Assembly: GCA_015680685.1 (NCBI GenBank)
Contig: MNCI01002227.1
Coordinates: 501,223-565,222, forward strand
Source: Gnetum montanum
Lineage: Eukaryota > Plantae > Gnetophyta
DNA: 64,000 bases
Reading direction: 5' to 3'
Made by a program: the position numbers and the translations under genes. A model generated the notes under the pieces. That model saw nothing but the letters and a program-made list of their open reading frames with translations. It did no database searches and was not told where the DNA came from. Below are positions 27,300 to 38,930 of this stretch, piece by piece; positions within the stretch are counted from its first letter, which is position 1, and each line of letters starts with the position of its first letter.

Positions 27300-27790
27300 C
27301 AGCGTCTACGCTGCTGAGTATACGTTGTACGCTGTACGCTATAGACTTTGTCTATGCTGCTCAGTATACGCTATACGCTGTACGCTATAGACTCTGTCTA
27401 CGCTGCTCAGTATATGCTGTATGCTGGACGCTATAGACCCTGTCTACGCTGCTCAGTATACGTTGTACGCTGTATGCTGTAGACTTTGTCTACGCTGCTC
27501 AGTATATGCTGTATGCTGTAGACCCTGTCTACGCTGCTCAGTATACGTTGTACGCTGTACGCTGTAGACCCTGTCTATGCTGCTTAGTATACACTGTACG
27601 TTGTACATTGTAGACCCTGTCTACGCTGCTCAGTATACGCTGTACGCTGTAAGCTGTAGACCCTGTCTACACTGCTCAGTATACACTGTACGCTACTCTG
27701 CCTACACGTTTTAATGTATACCTGTATGCTGTCACTATACGTTGGTCGTTGAAGCCTATACGTTGAGATCCAGTCTATACGCTGTACGCA
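27300..27790 (+). repeat. 5' UTR tandem array, ~36-43 bp units (CTACGCTGCTCAGTATACGCTGTACGCTGTAGACCCTGT)
   Basis: About 9-10 units directly visible. Confidence 0.9.
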
Positions 27791-27867
27791 GCAAATGTAG
27801 GTTTACGTCGTACTAAGTATACTAGTTTCATATCCCTTCCACCGCATCATATTCACAACCATTCATC

Positions 27868-30800
27868 ATGAACACTGCAAACCCCAACGCTACAACCAAG
27901 CCAGTCACAGACATCGTGGGCACCGTGGCCGTTCAACAACCCATAGTACAACCCACAGTGGGGCCTCGTCGATCTCTCAGATTGCAAGGGAGGAACCCAT
28001 CGTTTAACATTATAACTCAGGAGCAATACAATTTCATATGCGTAAAATTACAAGCCAGCCTCGTCGTGGATCAAACCGAAATGGAGGTTAAAAGACAATA
28101 CGAACTCTTCCATAGGGAGGACATGAGTTCATCCCATCCCCGTACAATATTATCCCTCTCCTAGAGGACTACTTTTAGCTCATCTCACAACTCCTCCTAC
28201 AAAGGAGTCAGTCTCTGGACCAGCCTGTGGCAAATCCTCAGTTGGAAGAAGAGGATGACTTCGTAGCTTAGTCCGAGCATGAAGATTCGTACCACACCCT
28301 CAGCCCACGAACCTATGTAAACCTGTTGTTTCAAATCACCCAAGCACAAATACCTCAACAGGACTCATCCACGCTTATCCATATCCCTCTTGTAACCGAT
28401 GCGCAACTCAACACAGTTCCCCTTGCCATTCCCCCCATTGCAACAGTATCTCCATTCTCGTAAATACAACCTCCTCAAAATAATGTAGGAGTAACCTTCC
28501 CACCTAGAGTGATCGGGATGCCGCATGTGATACCGGCTTCTACATTCGCTCATTATATCCCATGGATCCAAACCCAAGGAGCCCCTTTTACAACTGTAAC
28601 TCAACAAGTTCAGAGTGCCCCCACACAAAGCATGACTGGCTAATGGGCAGCGATTGGTGCTCAACCATATCAACTCCCTCACTATAACATACCACCTCAC
28701 ACAATTTTACCAGCTAGCATCCCTCAAGGACAACCACAACAACAACAGCAACCCCTTGCCTACAATGTACCGCCCCTAGTACCACCCACCACAAATATTC
28801 CGCAAGCGCAGCCTCCAACCACACAACTTTCTTTCTTCCAGCCCACTGCCCAACAATCTAACCTGTATACTGTACAACATCCTCAACCTACTATCTCACC
28901 TAGTTCCCAAGACTGGGCTGATGCTAAAAAGCTAATGTAGGAGCTAACTGACGAGGTCAAATGCCTCAAGACAACCACCGACGGAGAGCTCAAGGTAGTG
29001 GACTTCTATCACGATGACCCTATCAGCTCTTCGGTTCCGCCTCTAACACTTCCCAAGGGTGTATCCTTACCCACACTGACTAAATACAACGAGGAGATAG
29101 ACCCCAACGCTCATCTCATAACGTTTAGACTAGAATACGCACTACTTCAGGCATGGCCACATGCCATTCTGCGAGTGTTCCCCATGTCCCTCGTAGGGAG
29201 AGCACTTGATTGGTATCGGGCCTTGCCATGAAACTCAATATCTTCTCTAGAGGATTTGTTGTACCAATTCGTTACCAGGTTCAAGTATAACTTGAAACCT
29301 GAAGCAACACTTGATAGCCTCATATAGGTCAAACAAGCACCTCTTGAACCTATCCAAAAATTCATCCAACAGTGGAGTGTTGCCCTCAATGAGCTCCACG
29401 AGCAGATCCCGGAGACGTATCTCCTCACCATCCTAAAAGGAGCTGTCAATGATTTTTTCAAATCCATACTATATTATCTCAATGCACATACTCTCAGTCA
29501 AGTGTTTGTACAGATCAAGAACATAGAGGAGGCAGCCCAAAACAGCCACGATCCTGCATATTCAGCCTTTAAGAATCAACATAGTAAGAAAGATAAAGAA
29601 AAGGTTAAAACAACTATAGCGGAAGTAGCGGAAACACCACAAGCGAATGTGGGATAACAAAGCAAACCCCCTATTTCCCCTACTAATTACGCTAAACCTG
29701 CTCCTGCGATGGCACCTAAATCATCCGCATCACAAAACCCAACACTGGGTCGTACGAGAAACTTCGAGAGGAAGGACCCCTCTCAATACATGCCATTGCC
29801 CATGAATCCATCGCAACTATTCGACCAACTCTTGAAAGTCAAACTGATGAAACATAAACAGTTGTCCCCTGCAGCGATCCAAAGACATGATCGGTTCTGT
29901 CAACTGGTTTAGAACCCAAGCCTGGCAACACCAGATGAGCCCCCGGTTCCAAAAGGCTTTTGAATGGATCGTTTTTGTGATTATCATCAACATAATGGGC
30001 ATGGCACTGACTATTGTTTCACCTTAAAACAAGATATCCAACGGATGATTGATGGAGGTCAAATCACTTTTGATGAAGCCAATCCGGTCCAACCACAAAA
30101 CTAGGCCATGGGTGTATATAAAGATCCTCTAAATACTAAAGAAGCACCGTATGTAATTAACACCATCTACTTCGATAATGAACCGGAAACACCTAGGATT
30201 AACACTGTCCATTCTAATCATGAGCAGAAAATGCCTAAGAAACCATTTTTAGTGCATATTCCTCCCACTGTACAAACACCTATGCCTCAACCATCATACT
30301 TCCCACAGAAACCTTATGTCATTCGAGTACCCCCCACCGTAGCAACTTCTATCACACCACTAAGTGAAAGACCATACGTGGTGTGCATACCTCCCGCCAC
30401 TGCAAGCACACAACCATCTCCTACTCGGCCTGCTCCCTACGTAGTCTGAGTGTCACCCGCGGTCGCAACTGCGAAGGTACAACCTCCAGCTAGGCCAACT
30501 CCATACGTCGTTAGGACACTCGAACGTCCTGATGACCACCAATCCTCCACTTCGCAAACACAAAATAAACCGATCCCCTATGTCATCAAGATGCCTAGCC
30601 AGCCTGACACTCAACTGCATGCCACTGTCCAACCACAACCCCGCCCTACTCCATATGTTGTACAGGTTCCAAAGCAACCTGAGGTTTGGAAACCAACTGT
30701 ACCCCCACGCCACACATGAGAACGCCTGGTAGACAGGCTTACACGGGAACGCTTGAAGAAGGAACGTCAACAATTGGCCTTAGGACCTCCCAAGCCTACC

Positions 30801-32033
30801 CTGCTAAATGCAATACCCATGACATCGCCTAACAATAAACCAAACACAGGCTATGAGGGTGAATCATCCAAAAAACATGATACGCCTAAATCAACGATTC
30901 CGGGTAAAAATGAAAAACCAACTATGCATGAAATAAAACTGTTGGGCCCGATGGACCAAATCACTATCGACAAACATACGTCCAACAGTAGAGATCTAGC
31001 GACAGCTCTAACTCAAGTCACACAGGCACTTAAACAAAAAAACACTTCATTGAGCTTATACGACCTAGTGTTAACATCTCAAACCCATTGCGAAGCCCTA
31101 GTGCGCATGTTGACTTCCATCCCAGTAAGCGAAGACTTACCTCCAAATGAACCTTCAATTCATGCGGTAGTGTACTCGCCTCAAGGGTCAACTCCTAAGC
31201 CATTAGGTTTCCACAATGACAACATCAAAGTGGATGAGAAAACGGAAGAGGTAATAGCCGCACCTATGTTCATAACGATACGAATAAATCAATTTAAGAT
31301 ACATAGAGTGCATGTAGATGATGGAGCCGCTACAAACATAGTGTCATATCCCATCGTTGAACAATTGGGGCTCACGGAGCTAATAAGACCAACCACCACC
31401 ACGTGTTTGAAGTCGTTTAGTGGATCACGCGTAATAGTCAAAGGCACCATGACTTTAGACTTTATAGCAGGGGATCAATTCCCCACATCTGTCGACTTTG
31501 TGGTCATCAATGAAATGCCAGGGTTCAATTTAATATTGGGAAGGCCCTGGTTAGCCCAACTGAAAGCAGTCTCTTCCCCCATACACCAAGAGATTCACCT
31601 GCCTTATGAAAGTGGCGAAATCATTATACACGGGGAGGCTGCTACACCTACCATCTCATCGTATACAGATACAGACCAAGGCTCAGAGGTTAAGCTCGAA
31701 GAGCCTAAACAAGATGATACAAATGAACAACAAAGATGTACGTAACCAGTAGGTGATAATCTTTTAGACACAAAGGAAAATTTACCCAACACAGAAATAC
31801 TCGGGCCTGAAATCGTACATATACAGCCTCACTTAGAAACTACAACTAACACAGAAACCACAATACATGTAGAAGCGCCAAAAAGCACCAACGCGGGAAC
31901 TATTCCATCAGACATCCCTTGGGCTGAATTACCATTTAACGTGATCAGCGAAGGAGACGCTAAATATAGAATCATACCCGTTAACGCTACTCCTAATGTT
32001 AAAATGAGAAAAATCAAAAAATTGCTAAATTAA
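27868..32033 (+). pseudogene. gag-protease of copy C
   Basis: ATG at 27868, Pro/Gln-rich N-terminus, capsid LTKYNEEIDPNAHL..FPMSLVGRALDWY, Zn finger FCDYHQHNGHGTDYC (~29970-30017), PYVVxVP repeats, PR VHVDDGAATNI..LILGRPWL, tail PWAELPFNV, TAA at 32031-32033. Several internal stops. Confidence 0.9.
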
Positions 32034-32592
32034 TAAACGACATTCAAGTCCGGAACGACGTTAAACTATCATGTCTGCAACGACATAAAACTAGTCATGA
32101 TCAGAAATGGTTGGTCTACCAAGAAATCCACCCATGTCACTTGAAACTTCCCTCGTTTATGCATGGCTCGAAATGGCCTTAAACTAGTGCATGTGGCCTG
32201 AAATGGCCTTAAATTAGACCATCTACCTACACTTTCTTTTTCTCGAAAATTCCAGTTCATTGTTTGAATTTACGCTTGCATTGTCGTGTTATCAATAACA
32301 GTCTTTGCAATTATCCTTCGCTTATAATTATATTCCTACTTACATTCCCACTTCGTGCATTACACTTAAACTACAAAACAAACCAAAACATTTTACATTG
32401 TCGTGTCATGTTTACATTTAAACTTAAAATCCACAACAAAAAAAATACGTAGAAATATATATATACATGTAGTGATATACAGTTAGACAAGTACAACAGT
32501 TAACTGATTATATTCATCCGTGCAATACAACTCAAAACATTCAATTTACGATTCACATAAAAATATGAGCCAGGGTAATTTCAAAGTCAAAA

Positions 32593-35500
32593 TTAAACAT
32601 CAGGGACGGGAGGATTGTTCCCTCCAGGCCCATCAGCACCATGAGTCCCCACTCCGGTAGGGCTACCTTCTTGGACATCGTCGTCACCTTGACCCTACAA
32701 AACGTAAAAGAAACAATCAACACAAGAACAAAAAAAGAAAAATCCCAAACATTACTCAACGAAAAAATTTCATGGCAACAAAATGCTTACCGTAGGGAAC
32801 CCCCCTAAACCGAATTCTAGTCGACGGAGAATTTCCTCCTCTGAGACGCTAGCCCAGTCAGTCCCATCAAGGCCTATATCGACATTCGCCAAGGCTTTCC
32901 CCTTGTCAATCACCGACCATGTAGGACGTTTCAAGGGGAATTCACCCACAGAGATCTCCCCAGAAGCGGTCGTAATTACCCTCATGGGCGATTCCATCTC
33001 AACAGTTGTATTCTTAGCAAAGGTATCAAACGCAGAACGTAGACCCAGACCCTCTACGAACATTTCAAGCTGGCGCTTTTCTATGGATACTTCCTTCAAT
33101 GATTTCTTGTAATGATGCTTGTGGTTCTTCTCATCCTGACCCCACTTATGCACCTTGGAAGCCAAAGCCTTCCAATCCTAGCACTTAAGATTCAGTAGAT
33201 CTATCTGGGCCTTACGCTCTGCTAGTTTCTGAGTCAGTGATGCATGGTGATTTAGCAGGTTCCAATATCTAGTATAAGTGATCTCGGAAGTTCGCCAAGA
33301 ACGATCACTTGTTAGTCTAGCTGAGGCAAACTCATATCGAGCCTTGAGATCATCACGTTCAATTGATAACTCGGAAACCTCTTTTTCATTTGCCTGGATT
33401 TGCAACCATAGTTGTTCAATGGAATGCCTACAGGTCCAAAGCAATTTGGCGTTATGCACAAGACCTTCTGCCACCTCGTCATAGACCGGCCTTGGTATCT
33501 GTTCAACTTCTGGCAGTAGTGCAAGCAAACTTTCAATACTAACAGTTTCAGATGGATCCCACTTCAACTTGGCTCCTACACACATGAAAAGAACAGACAT
33601 TAAATCTTAGATGGCAAAAAAGGAGTATGAAACTCGAAGGCTACAAAATGCTCAAGATATTTATACCTATTTCAGGGTGGGCTTGTTGAATACGTTCAAC
33701 CAACTCATCAACGATACTAGTCATGAAATCCATTTTACTTGGCATCTCGGTCCAAGTAAATGGTTCATGAGTACAAGATGGACTAGCCTCCATGGTCGTT
33801 TTAGGGGGAGCCACTTTCATGGGCACTTCCAACTGCATTGTGGGAATCGTCCTAGTTTCAATATCTTTGTCTGGAAGCGATAAAAACGTAAAATTAAAAC
33901 ATCACGTGATGGAAACAACAATTCACAAAGCAACGCAATAAAACGAAAAGGAATATACCGCTTTCTCTGTCCCCTTCCCAGTTTGGAGGATCACCAAGGT
34001 CTAATCTTCCCTTAAGGAAGCTATTGAACATTTCATCAACACCATCCCGGTCATCGATCAATTCTGTCTCCGTGGTGTCTTTCGCCAGCTCTTCTGTCCC
34101 TTCCACCTGATCTTTGCCGACCTCTTCCTCCTCAATTATTAAGTCTGTTGGAACTTCCTCCTCCTCGATAATGGTTTCTAGCTCCTGTCTCCTCACTTCC
34201 CAAGTCAAGTCTGAAGACATTAGTTTCATGTAAGCGGTCAAAACAAAAAAAATAAATAAGCTGGAAATGACAATACAATAAGTGCACCAAGCTTACTTAC
34301 CTCGAACAGGCATTTTGAATCGTATTCGCTTCACGCTTGGCTCTTCCATAGTTGAGGCCACCTCTTTAGGGCATTCGCGCTTCAGAATCTTCAATTTAGC
34401 TTTCCCGATGGTCTCCTTGATGACCCGTTTAGCTCTCTTTGCAGTGTAGTGCACATTGTTTGGTTCCAACCCCACACTGTCACGTGTATGGATTGAAGTA
34501 CTAGATGACCCCTCTGTCGTGATGGATATAGATTCATCAATCCCCTCGGGTGCATATTGGGACTCAGCTATCTCGAACAAATGGTTAATCCATGGGCGAG
34601 ATAATTGAGTATGATCCTGTAGAACATATTTATTATTCGCACGAACCACTAAAAACTCGGCCAAGCGACGTAGGTAACCTGCGAAGAATGCGAATGTAAA
34701 ATGGGATTGTGCCTCAATGTTTGAACACAATCGCACTATCTCCCTATGGAAACCCAACAACAAAAATTAGGCCCAATTATAACGCATCCTGGTTTCTAAA
34801 ATGGTTCGCATGATGCGCACGACTTCCACCCCAAGACTCTTCACTTGGGACAGGGATTTAGGAAACACCAGTGCCCTAAACAGGGGATACAATTCATTAA
34901 CTTCCACCACCTTTAACGTCCCTTGCATAGGGAATCCCTTAGAGCCCTTGACAATGCCCAACCAATCTTCTAGCTCACGCACCACATGGAGCTCTTTCTG
35001 CGCCCTGTCTAAAACCACATTCATGCCATCTTCCAGTACACCGAAGAGGTCTGAAAAGAACTCGGCTGACAGATGGAAAACTATTTTGACACCCTTAATA
35101 CGGGTGCTGTAGTAGGTGATAGAGTTGTCGAACGAATCAACAATTCCAATCATTTCAACTATAGAGACATCAGGGCTCAGGGTTGTAAATAACTCCATGA
35201 GGCCGGCGTCATCCAAACAACGGACAATAGATGGTGGGGCACTAGTACGCAACCATCGATGTGCCTTGCTGATCTCCCCAAACTTCATCAACAGGGTACT
35301 CTCAATTCGCCCTGTCGTAACAGGATCTCCACCGGGGGGACATTAACTGTAAACACAATTTAAAACCATAACACCAGTATGACCAACGTTGCAGCCAAAC
35401 AAACATACTAAAGCATCTAGGAAATATCATCACTTACCTTCAGTTGTGGGCTACGAGGTGCTAGAGCCCAAGTCAGCATCACGAGGGAAAATTGGTCCAT

Positions 35501-37006
35501 TGCGTGACCAATCTCCATGCAGCCACCCACGAGCCATGCATTGTGCAAATGCCCTGGAAAACCATTTATGGAAATGAACAATGTCACCCTTGGTCTGAGC
35601 TAATATAGCTCCGCGGAGCGTGGGACCCACCATGAAGGTCTTTAAAGCGGTATGAGCCAGTGCAAGCCCATCATCATTGATGCATATCCAATCTTTATCA
35701 ACCTGGGGCCTGCAAAAGAACAGTCATCAAAACAGGAGCAAACACAAAATGACAAAATAGAAACGACAAACTAAACGACCTTACCTCTCTACCCTGTACA
35801 CCGTGCCTGGAGGGTTCTGAAATAATGTGTGTGCACGCGCAGCTAGAAACAAGGTGTTATTGAGATAGTGAGGCCCACGTGGCAATAAGTACCACACGCG
35901 CGATAATGGACGAGTAGATCTGGGCCCTCCAGAGGGACCTTCCTCATTCGCAAGAGGTCCCTCGTAAATGTCCACCATGAAAACCATGACATCATCCAAA
36001 GATCCTGGAAACATTGCTTCGAGCATGCTCTGCGCCACTTATTCGCTTCGGTGTGACCATATCACTACCTTGAATCTGTCTAGGATGAAAGCAAGGAATT
36101 CACAGGCCCCTTCCCTGAACCATACCCCATTGTTATCAATAGTCAAATCAGGGGCAGGTTCATCAGTATCAAGGGGCCCGAACCATGCTAGTACCCCAAC
36201 CAACTTAACCACCAGGAGGAAAGGCTCAGGATCCCTGCAAATAACCAGAATCCCATGATAAGTCAACTATACACCAAAATGAAATAGAGAAATGAAATTC
36301 CACGTTGAAAGCCAATACTTCGAAAAAATCAAAAAAACTGTTTACACTCGGCGTACACCCTATCAAAAGATTGTTTACACTCGGCATACACGCTATCAAA
36401 AGACTGTTTACACTCGGCGTACACGCTATCCAAAGATTGTTTACACTCGACGTACACGCTATCAAAACACTATTTACACTCGGTATACACGCTATCAAAA
36501 GATTGTTTACACTCGGCGTACACACTGCAAAAACTGTCTATGCCCAGAGTACAGATCCTGTAAGCTGCGAAAACTATTTACGCCCAGCGTACAGATCCTG
36601 TACGTTGCGAAAACTTTTTACGCTCAACGTGCAGACTCTGCATGCTACCAAAATTGTTTACGCCCAACCTGCAGACCCTGTACACTGCGAAGCCCGTTTA
36701 CACTCAACATACAGATTTTGCACGCTGTAAAAACTATCCACGCTCAGCGTACAGACCCTGTACGCTACCAAAACTGTCTACGCTTAGCGTACAGACCCTG
36801 TATGTTGCCAAAATTATCTACGCCAAATAATAAGTACAAATAAAAAAAATTAACTGAGGTAAGATTAGAGCCTACCTGTGTGTCGATCTAGGCCACGATG
36901 GAATCCTAGGCCTAGGCAAACACTGTAGTATGGCCTCACTTTCCTCCACGAAAGTCAAGTTGGGCCCCTTCCTCCCTTGGCCTTCTACCTCCTTACCCTT
37001 GCCCAT
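32593..37006 (-). pseudogene. Antisense 8-exon accessory gene of copy C (~1080 aa: FCP1/NIF-like pseudo-phosphatase, PMD/plant-transposon-like domain, acidic region, coiled coil)
   Basis: Exons: 37006-36876, 36234-35785, 35709-35438, 35346-34301, 34210-33959, 33870-33667, 33575-32791, 32694-32593. All introns are GT-AG with phases 2,2,1,1,1,1,0 that join in frame. One 1-nt loss in a C-run at ~35335 and a few internal stops. Confidence 0.88.
36330..36830. repeat. Tandem arrays (33-bp then ~40-bp units) inside intron 1 of the antisense gene
   Basis: AAAGATTGTTTACACTCGGCGTACACGCTATCA x~6, then AAAACTGTCTACGCCCAGCGTACAGACCCTGTACGCT-like x~7. Confidence 0.9.
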
Positions 37007-37124
37007 TCTGGCATCCTGTACGCTAACCTCACACGCTTATGCTGGGGTTTGCTACTTTACGCTGACACCGGGGTTTGCTGCTCTACGCTGACGTTGGGGT
37101 TTGCTGCTTTACGCTGACGCCGGG

Positions 37125-38648
37125 TGTACTGTCCAAAATCGTCGATCTCCGGCTGAAATGAAACAGAAATCTAGAGATCTCTGGACACGCACAGAAGACC
37201 CTACCTTCACTTGAGGGCAAGCTGGAATTAACGAAGGTAGAGTACCTTGAGTGGTCCGCACGCGAATCAGGCAAGGATTTTCCCGAACATACACCAATAT
37301 ACTGTATGCTGAGTTATACGTAAATGGCGTATAAGCGTAACTAATGTAAAACGGAGCATAAACGTACAGGAGCGTAAGCAGTAACATACAATAATGAATG
37401 AAAGACTGTAACAAATTTTAGCAAAGAAATGTAACAATATTATTGTGAAATGAAAGTTACAATGCATCGGTCTAACGTAGTTGTGGCTCTAGCACAAGGC
37501 GGATGAATAGCCCTGGTGGATGCAGGGGTGATTTTGTGTTGGGTTTAACTGCAGGCACAGCATAAAGGCTGTATGCTTAGCGTGTAGGGTCAAGGTCCAA
37601 TGTATAGGGTTTTTTCTTTGTTTTTCTTAGCGTCTCTGGTTCTCTTTTTTTTTCTCTAGTTTGCTCAAAATTGCCCCCCGGTCTAGTGAAAATTGGGGGT
37701 TTTATACAAGTGTAAACGTGGGACTCGGGTTTTGAGAGGGGATGATTAGCTATGGAGCGCTGGATTCTCGGGTCAGGTGACATGTGGCGAGTTGACCGGG
37801 TGCGAAAAAATGAAATTTTACAAGTATCAAGCGTGTTGCACGCCAGCGTATGCACGTTATACGCCAGGGTATACAGCTGTACGCCAGCGTATACACGCTA
37901 GACATATGACCCTGGCGTACAGACTTGATCGAAACAAAAGAGGTCATTCGGCCCTCAAATTTGACTTTGGATGCCATGAGAATGCTGCCTGTGGATGTTC
38001 AACTTGGTTGACCTTGATCTGACACGGTGTTGGAGAATTTTGATTATACATTATGCATGTTGGGCATATACGCCGAGCGTACACACTGGGCGTACACGTT
38101 GTTTATCTTGGACGTATACGCTGTGAATGCATGCTGGGCGTATACGCTATATCTGCTGAGCATATACGCTAAGCGTGGAGGATGTACATGCTCAACGTAT
38201 GGACTCCACAATGCATGATGTCAACACTTGATGATTGCTCTGTTCGTGTGAGTTGATAATTTGTACAAAATCTTCCTCTGCAATGCAGTTTCCATACCAT
38301 CTTTGGAAGTTGCATACTGGGCGTATACATCAATCACACATGCTAAGTGTACATGTGAGGTTGTATACACTGGGCGTATACGCTGTATCTGCTGGGCATA
38401 TACGCTGGGCGTATACGCTGAGAATGTATACTTAGTGAAGACTAAGTATCTTGATCTCCGAAGTTGCCATGTTTGATACCAGATGTCGCTGTGGTCGTCT
38501 GCGGGTCCCAGGGAACTGTTTCTTATTGTGTTCGACTTCGCTTGAAGCTGTCTGTGGGGCCCTCAAGCTTTAGTCATGCTAGGGAACATCATGACTTAGC
38601 TCGATTTTTGTTGGAGAAGCACTAAGCTCAGAATTTTGTGGTGTTTCA
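37125..38648 (-). mobile_element. Solo LTR of the C/D family nested in copy C, reverse orientation
   Basis: Reverse complement of TGAAACACCAC...GACAGTACA. TSD CCGGG (37120-37124) / CCAGG (38649-38653). It splits a ~29-bp GGGGTTTGCTGCTTTACGCT array (37030-37124 and 38649-38850). Confidence 0.92.
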
Positions 38649-38877
38649 CCAGGGTTTGAGCCTCCACGCTCACACTGGGGTTTGAGCCTCTACGCTCATG
38701 CTTATGCCGGGGTTTGCTGCTTTACGCTCACGTTGGGGTTTGAGCCTCTACGCTTACGTTGACGCTAAGGTTTGCTACTCTATGCTCACGCTAGGGTCTT
38801 GTTCTCTACGCTTACGCTGCAGCTTAGGTATACGCTCACGCTGCAACTTATGTTTATTTTATCTTTGAAACTAATAG

Positions 38878-38930
38878 GTTCACGCTCACGCCCGCCACCC
38901 TATATATAGCATCGAGTTGACCCCGCCGCC
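38878..38930 (-). promoter_or_regulatory. Putative internal promoter of the antisense gene (copy C)
   Basis: Minus strand GGCGGCGGGGTCAAC-N7-TATATATA..GAGCGTGAACC. The same block and spacing occur in copy D (56431-56480) amid diverged flanks. Confidence 0.6.

Noticed and set aside
31738-31743. GTACGT as donor for an Ogre-like PR-to-RT splice
   Set aside because: It is not conserved in D, joining it to 39350 creates TGA, and it would remove the conserved WAELPFNV tail. No convincing in-frame donor was found by eye.
32553-32759. Hydrophobic ORF (also 60874-61107) as an env-like transmembrane segment
   Set aside because: The hydrophobic part is the T-rich intron 7. The spliced last exon uses another frame (GQGDDDV...).
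36226-36843. ORFs of 183, 141 and 99 aa with repeated peptides
   Set aside because: They are translations of the intron 1 tandem array and are not conserved in D.
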